A DNA stretch of 36,558 bases, from UHGV virus genome UHGV-1373753; one strand, given 5' to 3'. The stretch comes from a virus. The translations under genes and the position numbers were made by a program. Shown in pieces: positions 9,521 through 17,138 of the stretch (positions are counted from its first letter, which is position 1; every line of letters starts with the position of its first letter). The notes below the pieces were generated by a model. The model ran no database searches. It was not told where the DNA came from and saw nothing but the letters and a program-made list of their open reading frames with translations.

Positions 9521-10038
9521 ACGTACTAGAGAAGATCTTGGAAGAAAAAGAAATTGCAGCGATCAAAGAACTAATAGAAGAAAATGAAAAATGCTTTAAT
9601 CAATGTGAGGGTGCTTGTTGTAGCGTGGAAAGTGGTATATGCAATTGCGATGATGGCGTGATAGTGCAAGCAATTCATAAAATGAAGAAGTATTTAGAGT
9701 TGGCTAATGACAAAAATGTCCCTAGTAAAAACGGTTGGATTCCGGTAAGTGAGAAATTGCCGGAAGTCGGGAAGATGGTAAAAGTTACTGTACACTCATC
9801 TGAATGGATTGGAGACTATTATTCAGATTGGGTCCCAGAAGAAGAAAAGACATACCATTCAGAAGAATACGCTGTGTATGATGGATACATAGATAGAGTG
9901 GGTATGTGGAAATTTTATGATGAGGAAGGTTCGTTCAATGCTTGCGACAAAGAATTTGGAACAAATAAGGAAATTGTGTACGATGTCGTGACAGCGTGGA
10001 TGCCGAAAGAACAGATAGAACCATACAAGGAGGTATGA
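9517..10038 (+). CDS. DUF551-domain protein
   Basis: C-terminal half WIPVSEKLPEVGKMVKVTVH…VTAWMPKEQIEP matches the DUF551 pattern (WIxVxExLP…VTHWMPLP). The N-terminus is Cys-rich. Confidence 0.6.
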   Translation: MNVLEKILEEKEIAAIKELIEENEKCFNQCEGACCSVESGICNCDDGVIVQAIHKMKKYLELANDKNVPSKNGWIPVSEKLPEVGKMVKVTVHSSEWIGDYYSDWVPEEEKTYHSEEYAVYDGYIDRVGMWKFYDEEGSFNACDKEFGTNKEIVYDVVTAWMPKEQIEPYKEV

Positions 10039-10039
10039 C

Positions 10040-10231
10040 ATGGACATTTTAATTACAATCGCATTCCTAGCCCTGTACTATATCCTGGGGCTGGGGGCAA
10101 TCATAGCATTTAAAGAGACAGGATTGGAAGAAGTTGACTTGGAAAAGGCAGATTATTTAGCTGCAGCGATGTTCCTGCTTATACTGCTTGTAGTATTTGC
10201 TGAATGGGCGGCTGAGAAGATATGGAGGTGA
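10040..10231 (+). CDS. Small membrane protein (63 aa, two hydrophobic helices)
   Basis: RBS CAAGGAGGTATGACATG. Contains ITIAFLALYYILGLGAIIAF and AAAMFLLILLVVFAEWAA. Confidence 0.4.
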   Translation: MDILITIAFLALYYILGLGAIIAFKETGLEEVDLEKADYLAAAMFLLILLVVFAEWAAEKIWR

Positions 10232-10235
10232 CGGC

Positions 10236-10460
10236 ATGACCAGAGAGACTATGAAGCGCAGAAGGGAGACAGCAGACACCGTGAGAAAGATAGAAGCACA
10301 CAAGATGGCAACGAGAAAGCCCTGTGAGACAGCTTTAAAGCAACAGGGGCATAAAGCCTTTGCCTGTGATTTTAAAAGGACTGACAGAACAAATACGGAC
10401 ACTCTGGAATACATAGCAAGCAAGTACAACATCAAAAAGCCAATTCCGGGAGGTGATTGA
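10236..10460 (+). CDS. Hypothetical basic protein (74 aa)
   Basis: Internal ATG 10236 preceded by TGGAGGTGAC. The upstream part of the six-frame ORF overlaps the previous gene. Confidence 0.35.
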   Translation: MTRETMKRRRETADTVRKIEAHKMATRKPCETALKQQGHKAFACDFKRTDRTNTDTLEYIASKYNIKKPIPGGD

Positions 10461-10461
10461 G

Positions 10462-10890
10462 GTGGACAAGAAAACACTGAAAAAGTATAAGCCAAACAAA
10501 GATAGACTTATCCGGATTGAGGAGCAAATACAGGAATTATGTGAACGGGAGTCAACCGTGGTCATGGGAAAAGTAACTGGATCAAGTACAGATTTTCCAT
10601 ATACGGAAGTACGGACATCTGTACAAATGTATGATCCTTACGAAGAAGAGAATGTAAGACGGCAGATCAGAAGGAAAGAAGCTGATAGACTTCTGATTCT
10701 GAAAGAGCAGAAAGAAGTTGAGGACTACATAAATGGGATTGATGATCCGGAGATTAAGGAGATATTCGAGTTATCGTTTATTGAAGGCAAGAAACAGGAT
10801 GAAGTTGCGGAGATAGTAAATATTGACAGAAGTTACGTGTCGAAAAAAATAAGTGATTATCTCAAACTTTCACACTTTTCACAAAAATAG
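10462..10890 (+). CDS. Putative late-gene transcriptional activator (ArpU/RinA-like, sigma-70 region-4-type HTH)
   Basis: GTG 10462 lies 5 nt after GGGAGGTGA; the six-frame track uses GTG 10453. C-terminus QDEVAEIVNIDRSYVSKKISDYLKL is sigma region-4-like. Position just upstream of the packaging module is typical of ArpU-family regulators. Confidence 0.4.
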   Translation: MDKKTLKKYKPNKDRLIRIEEQIQELCERESTVVMGKVTGSSTDFPYTEVRTSVQMYDPYEEENVRRQIRRKEADRLLILKEQKEVEDYINGIDDPEIKEIFELSFIEGKKQDEVAEIVNIDRSYVSKKISDYLKLSHFSQK

Positions 10891-10953
10891 TATGCTATAA
10901 TTATTCTAGAACGATTATATATTGTTCTGGAACAATCTTTCTAAACATTCGAA

Positions 10954-10995
10954 ACACCGCCGGACTTCTCCCCTTTCTTGTCTGGCGGTGTTTTG
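10954..10995 (+). terminator. Rho-independent terminator
   Basis: Stem ACACCGCCGGAC / GTCTGGCGGTGT with one mismatch, followed by TTTTG. Lies immediately downstream of the ArpU-like gene. Confidence 0.6.
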
Positions 10996-11010
10996 TGTAT
11001 CCTTAAAATT

Positions 11011-11073
11011 ATACGCACAAAATACGCATAAAAGTATTGACAAAACAATATACAATGCGTATAATATACGTAT
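11011..11073 (+). promoter_or_regulatory. hicAB promoter: consensus -35 TTGACA (11037-11042), 17-bp spacer, -10 TATAAT (11060-11065), with ATACGCA/TGCGTAT operator-like repeats
   Basis: Both hexamers and the spacing read straight from sequence. ATACGCA occurs at 11011 and 11022; the inverted copy TGCGTAT (11056-11062) overlaps the -10; palindrome ATACGTAT at 11066-11073. Confidence 0.65.
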
Positions 11074-11095
11074 AAACAGAAAAGGAGCGTGAGTC

Positions 11096-11269
11096 TTGAA
11101 AAGAAGAGAATTAGTAAAGATGCTAGAGAAAAATGGGTGGTATATAAAGAGAAATGGTGCAAATCATGATATATATACCGATGGTGATCGGATGGAGCCA
11201 ATTCCGAGACATCCAGATATTAACGAAAGACTAGCAAGGAACATTATCAAGAAGCTGGGGTTGAAATAG
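11096..11269 (+). CDS. hicA: HicA toxin (mRNA interferase, YcfA-like)
   Basis: TTG 11096, 9 nt after AAAAGGAGCG. 57 aa: LKRRELVKMLEKNGWYIKRNGANHDIYTDGDRMEPIPRHPDINERLARNIIKKLGL is the HicA fold signature. Confidence 0.8.
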   Translation: MKRRELVKMLEKNGWYIKRNGANHDIYTDGDRMEPIPRHPDINERLARNIIKKLGLK

Positions 11270-11353
11270 CCCCAACTTCTCGATATGTGTAACTAAAAAC
11301 AATTTTCAAGTAAGACATGGTATAGGAAAAGTTAATGCGTAGGAGGAAAGAAA

Positions 11354-11758
11354 ATGTATAGGAGAAAGGCGTATCCAATCGTAATTTCAAAAGAATCCGA
11401 TGGATTTTATGTAGAAATCCCAGATTTTGACATTGCGACACAGGGGGAGGATATTGCGGATGCTATGGAAATGGCACGAGACGCAATAGGATTGATGGGT
11501 ATTGAATATTTGGATTGCGAAAAAGAAATTCCAGAACCAAATTCAGTAGAAATAAAAGCGGATAAAGATGACATTGTTACATTAGTAGACGTTGATTTCG
11601 TGGAATACAGAAAAAAGGTAGATAATAAGGCAGTGAAGAAAAACTGCACGATTCCATACTGGCTGAATGTAGAAGCTGAAAAAGCGGGAATCAATTATTC
11701 AAAAGTCCTACAGGATGCGATTATGCGTGTTCTTGGGATTCAAAAAAATGTTTACTAA
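11354..11758 (+). CDS. hicB: HicB antitoxin (UPF0150 N-terminal domain plus C-terminal DNA-binding tail)
   Basis: YPIVISKESDGFYVEIPDFDIATQGEDIADAMEMARDAI is typical HicB. RBS AGGAGGAAAG. Sits immediately downstream of hicA. Confidence 0.75.
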   Translation: MYRRKAYPIVISKESDGFYVEIPDFDIATQGEDIADAMEMARDAIGLMGIEYLDCEKEIPEPNSVEIKADKDDIVTLVDVDFVEYRKKVDNKAVKKNCTIPYWLNVEAEKAGINYSKVLQDAIMRVLGIQKNVY

Positions 11759-11817
11759 TTCTCTAGTTATATAAAGAGGAAGAGCGCCTTGCCATGTGGT
11801 ATAGGTGCTTTTCTTAT

Positions 11818-11863
11818 GTCGTGACAAACGTAGGGTAGACAGGTTCGACTCCTGTACACGACT
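11818..11863 (+). other. tRNA-like half-molecule (acceptor stem plus T-arm only): tRNA remnant or mini-helix
   Basis: GTCGTGA (11818-11824) pairs with ACACGAC (11856-11862). The T-arm is ACAGG-TTCGACT-CCTGT with a GTTCGAnTC-type loop. Only 14 nt separate the two, so there is no D arm or anticodon arm. Confidence 0.35.
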
Positions 11864-12054
11864 TCGTGATGTAAGATGCAGGCTGCACAGCTGAGGTCTG
11901 TTCTGGGAGTGCACACCGGACTTACATTGCAATGGTACCAAAACGCAGATATCCGCAGATCTGCAAAACAAACAAAAATAGATTCAGTAATCTATATTTA
12001 GTGTCAGTACCCGAGTGCGGATAGGGTTAAGGATGTCAATAAAAGGCATCCTAC

Positions 12055-12127
12055 GGGTGTATAGCTCAGTTGGTAGAGCAATCGGCTGTTAACCGATGTG
12101 TCGCAGGTTCGAGTCCTGCTATACCCG
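12055..12127 (+). tRNA. tRNA-Asn (anticodon GTT)
   Basis: Cloverleaf read directly: acceptor GGGTGTA/TATACCC, D-arm GCTCAGTTGGTAGAGC, anticodon stem ATCGG/CCGAT with loop CTGTTAA, T-arm GCAGGTTCGAGTCCTGC, discriminator G. CCA is not encoded. Confidence 0.85.
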
Positions 12128-12270
12128 TTGTGGACTACTGCAAGGTTCCTCCTTTCTTATAGATTTCAGTTGTGTGTTTTGTTGGCATTATAATTCTTTC
12201 ATGCAGTAGTCCTAAATTCTTAGCATCCAGAGATGGGTGCTTTTATTATGTTTTAAAGGTGGTGAGTCGG

Positions 12271-12654
12271 ATGGCAAAAGGTAAATATCAAGAGTGGATA
12301 GAGCCGGAAGGCTTGCTAAAGATAGAGGGATGGGCGAGAGACGGTCTGACAGACGAGCAGATCGCACGAAATATGGGGATAAATCCAGCTACTTTGTACG
12401 AATGGAAAAAGAAATACCCCAAGATTTCCAAGTCCCTAAAAAGAAGTAAAGACGTAGCGGACAGACAAGTTGAGAATGCTCTATTCGAGAATGCAATAAA
12501 CGGAAACATTACAGCTCAGATATTCTGGCTCAAGAACCGGAAACCGGACAAGTGGAGAGATAAGCAGGAATATGAAGATAGGACAGCGATTGAGAAGCTG
12601 GATGAAATTTTGAAAGGATTGCGTGACAATGCAGCTAAGCAAGAAACAGAATGA
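12271..12654 (+). CDS. Terminase small subunit
   Basis: ATG 12271 after AAAGGTGGTGAG. MAKGKYQEWIEPEGLLKIEGWARDGLTDEQIARNMGINPATLYEWKKKYP is the classic HTH-type TerS N-terminus of Firmicutes siphophages. Overlaps the large-subunit start. Confidence 0.8.
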   Translation: MAKGKYQEWIEPEGLLKIEGWARDGLTDEQIARNMGINPATLYEWKKKYPKISKSLKRSKDVADRQVENALFENAINGNITAQIFWLKNRKPDKWRDKQEYEDRTAIEKLDEILKGLRDNAAKQETE

Positions 12655-13957
12655 GTACATAATTAACGCTACGCACAGATGGAATATTAAATCCGGTGCG
12701 GTACGTTCCGGAAAGTCTTTTGTAGATACTGCTTATATTGTTCCGAAAAGAATCCGAGATAGAGCTGGACTCCCAGGATTAAATGTAATCATGGGAGTCT
12801 CTAAAGAATCTATCGAGAGAAACGTACTCCAACCGATGAGGGAAATCTATACCAGTGATCTGATCGGGAACATTAACAATCGGAATGTTGCCAGAGTATG
12901 CGGCGAGGATGTCTATTGTCTCGGCGCGGAAAAGGTCAGTCAAGTCGCAAAGATACAGGGAGCGTCCATCAAGTATTGTTACGGGGATGAGATTGCAAAG
13001 TGGAACAAAGAAGTCTTCCAGATGTTAAAATCCCGTCTTGATAAACCGTATTCCTGCTTTGATGGGGCTTGTAACCCGGAACACCCCACACATTGGTTGA
13101 AAGAGTTTATAGACAATGTGGAGCTAGATATATATCTACAAAAGTACACCATATTTGATAATCCATTTCTAAATCCTGGATTTGTTGAGGATCTCTGCAA
13201 AGAGTACGAGGGGACAATCTACTATGACCGTCTTATTCTTGGCCTATGGAAAAGAGCTGACGGATCGATTTACAAGCGGTTTGCAGACAATCCAGAAGCG
13301 TTCCGGTGCGAAATCGTGGATAATATCTCGCAGGAATCAGAGTATAAGCAATTCCGAAAAGAGGATATCACATCAATCGAGATTGGATTGGACTTTGGTG
13401 GCAATCAATCCGGTCATTCATTCGTTGCCAGAGGGTATACGGATAATTACAGAGATGTAATTGCGCTAAAATCACGTAGAATCACGGCGAAAGATGAAAA
13501 AGAAGACATCGACAGCAATCGACTGAATGAGTTATTCTGCGAATTTATCCGGGAAGTAATGGATGAATACTCGGTGTGCGTGAGAAGTGGAGATTACGTG
13601 CAGTATTGCAACGTAGAATCCGTATTCTGGGACAATGCGGAGACAGTACTTGGTAATTCCATCCGAAACGCCGTAGAAAAAGAATATCCGTGGATCGCTG
13701 TCAAACCGGCAAAGAAAAGACCAATCAACGACAGAATCAGATGCACCGTCAAGCTCATGGGGGCTGGGCGGTTTTTTGTTACGAAAGACTGCGAATCTCT
13801 GCAAACTGCTTTTTCGGATGCAGTTTGGAATAAAGAAGCTGTTGGGAAAGACGAACGTTTGGATGACGGCAGCACTGATATTGACAGCCTGGATGCATTT
13901 GAATACACGATTGAACGTGATATGAAATACCTAATTGAAGAGGTGGAAGATGTTTAA
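12623..13957 (+). CDS. Terminase large subunit (PBSX family)
   Basis: 444 aa. N-terminal ATPase motif …WNIKSGAVRSGKSF… and the conserved C-terminal nuclease region. Gene order TerS-TerL-portal. Confidence 0.85.
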   Translation: MTMQLSKKQNEYIINATHRWNIKSGAVRSGKSFVDTAYIVPKRIRDRAGLPGLNVIMGVSKESIERNVLQPMREIYTSDLIGNINNRNVARVCGEDVYCLGAEKVSQVAKIQGASIKYCYGDEIAKWNKEVFQMLKSRLDKPYSCFDGACNPEHPTHWLKEFIDNVELDIYLQKYTIFDNPFLNPGFVEDLCKEYEGTIYYDRLILGLWKRADGSIYKRFADNPEAFRCEIVDNISQESEYKQFRKEDITSIEIGLDFGGNQSGHSFVARGYTDNYRDVIALKSRRITAKDEKEDIDSNRLNELFCEFIREVMDEYSVCVRSGDYVQYCNVESVFWDNAETVLGNSIRNAVEKEYPWIAVKPAKKRPINDRIRCTVKLMGAGRFFVTKDCESLQTAFSDAVWNKEAVGKDERLDDGSTDIDSLDAFEYTIERDMKYLIEEVEDV

Positions 13958-15353
13958 TGGAATTAAGAGACTATGGAAAGGAATCATGAGGATGTTTGGG
14001 CACACGACATTAAAACAGATCATCGGCAAGGATATCGCACTATCCAACGACATGATATATGCAATCAACAGATGGAGACAGATGTTAAATGGTGATGCAG
14101 AATGGATTTCTGACAGTATCGTTTCGCTTGGGATTGAAGATGGAATCTGCCGAGAGTTTGCGGATTGTGCACTTGTGGAAATGGAAACAAGTGTGACAAA
14201 CGAGCGTCTGGACAAGATTTATCAGAAGAATATCGCGAGTCTGAATGAGAATCTACAGGAAGGGCTTGCGCTTGGATCATTTGTCCTGAAGCCGCTAGGA
14301 GAATCGACCGCTGAATTTATCTCGGCCGACAAGATTATCCCGATCAGTTTCGGGGATGATGGAAAGCCGAATGATATTGCGTTTCTGACCGTGAAAAAGG
14401 TTGGGGACGCTGATTATCTCACGAGGCTTGAACGGCACTATTTCACGGACGGAAATCTGACTATAGAAAACAAGTGCTTCCACTCCCAGACAGCGAATGA
14501 TATCGGTCTCCCATGCAGCCTAGAAGCGGTGGAAGAATGGGAGAATATCCTACCTGGACCGATTACATACCCCGGCATGAATCGAATGGACTTTGGATAT
14601 TACCGTAATCCAATCAAAAATAAAATAGATGGTTCCGCATGTGGTGTATCAGTGTATGAGTCGGCTGCGGAGTTGATTCGAAAAGCGGACACGCAGGGCG
14701 CAAGGCTCGACTGGGAATACGAATCGGGAGAGCGTGCTATCCATGTGGATAATAGAGCACTTAAACAAGACAAGGCAACCGGAAAACTTGGACTGCCAAA
14801 ACTCAAAAACAAATTGTATCGAGGAATGAATCTGGATGCCGGGAAAGACCAAGAACTATTAAAGGAATACTCCCCAGAAATGAGGGATGAAGCCTTTAAA
14901 CGCGGATTGGAGGAATACAAGCGTGAGATTGAATTTTCCGTAGGACTTGCCTATGGTGACCTGTCAGATGCGCAGGAAGTAGCAAAGACAGCCACGGAAA
15001 TTAAAGCATCAAAGAACAGGAAGTACAACCGAGTAACGGCAATCCAGAATAACTTATACGATTGCTTAGAGGATTTCGTTGCCGGACTTGCATTTTACAA
15101 CAGCATGCTTAATTCGGGATATGAGTTCTCGTGTAAATTCAACGATTCCATTCTAACCGATGAGGAAACAGAACGCCAGCAGGACAGGCAAGATGTGAGT
15201 ATGGGCGTGATGTCGCATCTGGAATACCGCATGAAATGGTACAACGAAGATGAAACCACAGCGAAAAAGATGTTGCCGGAACAGAACCAAGTCATGGACG
15301 ATCAGATGTTTTCAGACTTAGGGGGGGGGCACAAGTACAAAGTAAAACATTAA
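13935..15353 (+). CDS. Portal protein (SPP1 gp6-like), probably C-terminally truncated at a G9 run
   Basis: 472 aa immediately after TerL. The ORF ends 24 codons after a G9 homopolymer at 15321-15329. The adjacent frame stays open to 15502 (see findings). Confidence 0.7.
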   Translation: MKRWKMFNGIKRLWKGIMRMFGHTTLKQIIGKDIALSNDMIYAINRWRQMLNGDAEWISDSIVSLGIEDGICREFADCALVEMETSVTNERLDKIYQKNIASLNENLQEGLALGSFVLKPLGESTAEFISADKIIPISFGDDGKPNDIAFLTVKKVGDADYLTRLERHYFTDGNLTIENKCFHSQTANDIGLPCSLEAVEEWENILPGPITYPGMNRMDFGYYRNPIKNKIDGSACGVSVYESAAELIRKADTQGARLDWEYESGERAIHVDNRALKQDKATGKLGLPKLKNKLYRGMNLDAGKDQELLKEYSPEMRDEAFKRGLEEYKREIEFSVGLAYGDLSDAQEVAKTATEIKASKNRKYNRVTAIQNNLYDCLEDFVAGLAFYNSMLNSGYEFSCKFNDSILTDEETERQQDRQDVSMGVMSHLEYRMKWYNEDETTAKKMLPEQNQVMDDQMFSDLGGGHKYKVKH

Positions 15354-15502
15354 ATGGTGCTCAAACACAGAGTCTTATTGCTATTATGTCTCAATACACA
15401 GCCGGAGAGCTGACAGAAGGACAGGCGGTTAATTTGATTGCAACAGCAATTGGAATCGAAAAAGACGAAGCAAGAAAAATCTTAGATGGAGAAGTGATCT
15501 AA

Positions 15503-16693
15503 TTGAGAGAGGACTACAAGAAACAACTATCCGGACAGATTGAGAAGCATTTTCTGGATTTGGAGCAGATGATTTTGGAGGACATTGTTCGCAGAATCAA
15601 AAAAGCCGGAAAAATTACAAGCACGGCAGACTGGCAGATTAACCGGTTACAGATCATCGGGTACTCTTCTGAGGACATCGAAAAGTTGGTAAAAACCACG
15701 CTGAACCTGTCATATCCGGAAGTGTTTGAATTGTACGACAAGGTTATCGACTGGGAATATGTCCGCAACAAAGATATCTACGAACAGGTCAATGCGGAAT
15801 ATATCCCCTACGAGGATAATAAGGAGTTGCAACAGCTTGCAGATGGATTCATCCAGCAGAGCAATGATGATCTGCGGAACGTCACAAAGTCCATGGGATT
15901 TTATGTGGATTACGGAGGCGGTAGGCTTGTTATGACTCCATTATCCGACATCTACCAAGGATATCTTGATAAGGCTATCACAGGCGTTGTTTACGGAGCA
16001 TTTGATTACAATACCATGATACGCAAGGTGGTTACTCAGCTCACAAATAGCGGACTCAGGAGCATTGATTACGCTTCTGGGTGGCATAGCAGGGTAGACG
16101 TGGCGGCAAGGAGAGCGGTTATGACAGGAGCATCACAGCTTACTGGGAGAATCACGGAAATGAACGCCGAGAAGTTAGGAACAGAACATTTTGAGATTGC
16201 GTGGCACGCCGGAGCAAGACCATCACACGCCGTCTGGCAAGGTAAGGTGTGGAGTAAAAAAGAACTTGTTACGGTGTGCGGTCTTGGAACAGTCGCTGGA
16301 TTGCTTGGAGCAAACTGTTACCATGAGTATTATCCTTTTGTAAAGGGCGTGTCAGAGCGGAATTGGTCTGATTCTTGGCTTGCAGAGCAGAACCGCGAGG
16401 AAAGTATACCTAAGACATTTAACGGCAAGGAATACACCTTATACGAAGCCAAACAGCAACAGCGGAAAATGGAAACTGCTATGAGGGCGCAGAGAGAAAA
16501 GGCTGTGCTACTAAAACAAGGTGGAGCTGACCCAGATGATGTAATAATCGCGAAAGCAAAGTATCAAGGACAACTCGGGGAGTACACCAGATTTTGTAAA
16601 CGAATGGGGCTGCATCAAGAGCGTGAGCGCATCTATTACGATATGCGCGGCAGAGTGGCACCCGTACCAAAACGATTTAGGAGGCAGAAATGA
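15503..16693 (+). CDS. Minor capsid / head morphogenesis protein (SPP1 gp7, Mu F-like)
   Basis: TTG 15503, 9 nt after GGAGAAG. 396 aa follow the portal, and the central region is typical of Phage_Mu_F. Confidence 0.7.
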   Translation: MREDYKKQLSGQIEKHFLDLEQMILEDIVRRIKKAGKITSTADWQINRLQIIGYSSEDIEKLVKTTLNLSYPEVFELYDKVIDWEYVRNKDIYEQVNAEYIPYEDNKELQQLADGFIQQSNDDLRNVTKSMGFYVDYGGGRLVMTPLSDIYQGYLDKAITGVVYGAFDYNTMIRKVVTQLTNSGLRSIDYASGWHSRVDVAARRAVMTGASQLTGRITEMNAEKLGTEHFEIAWHAGARPSHAVWQGKVWSKKELVTVCGLGTVAGLLGANCYHEYYPFVKGVSERNWSDSWLAEQNREESIPKTFNGKEYTLYEAKQQQRKMETAMRAQREKAVLLKQGGADPDDVIIAKAKYQGQLGEYTRFCKRMGLHQERERIYYDMRGRVAPVPKRFRRQK

Positions 16694-16971
16694 GTAAAGT
16701 AAAAGTAATCAGACAACCGACAGCGGAAGCAACATTGATTTTTGAATTTGAGATAGCATCATCAGAATTTCTGGTCAAGAATTTCACGGACGGAGATATC
16801 TACGCATCTCTGGAAAGGGACGCGACAAAAGAGCAGAGCGTATTGATTCCGGCGCAGACCGCACAGCGATTGCAGTACGGTTCTTACGGCGGTGGAAAGA
16901 GTAGCACCGTCCAAATCATCCCCACAGCAACCAGCGAAAAAGGAGTAGAAGTACAATGCTTAAAATGGTAG
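16690..16971 (+). CDS. Hypothetical head-module protein (93 aa)
   Basis: ATGA overlap with the gp7 stop. Same strand, tightly packed. Confidence 0.45.
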   Translation: MSKVKVIRQPTAEATLIFEFEIASSEFLVKNFTDGDIYASLERDATKEQSVLIPAQTAQRLQYGSYGGGKSSTVQIIPTATSEKGVEVQCLKW

Positions 16972-17138
16972 ACGGAACAGGAATCATAGGAGTGGATATG
17001 ATCTGCCCTTTAGGAGTCTCCACTCCGCAGCCACCTAATTATGACAGGGTAGAGCTAGAGGGGGCAGGGATGTTGGTACTTCCGAACAGCTTGGATGCTC
17101 CGCTTGAAAGGTTGGAGCTTGGTGGGAAGACGGAGTAG
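16956..17138 (+). CDS. N-terminal fragment (60 aa) of a structural protein, ending at an in-frame TAG
   Basis: ATG 16956, 10 nt after AAAAAGGAG. Ends at TAG 17136-17138, in frame with the next ORF. Confidence 0.4.
   Translation: MLKMVDGTGIIGVDMICPLGVSTPQPPNYDRVELEGAGMLVLPNSLDAPLERLELGGKTE

Noticed and set aside
12172-12270. N-terminal extension of the small terminase ORF (six-frame start at 12172)
   Set aside because: The extension runs into the tRNA flank, encodes a hydrophobic junk peptide and lacks an RBS. ATG 12271 has a good SD and gives the canonical MAKGKY… N-terminus.
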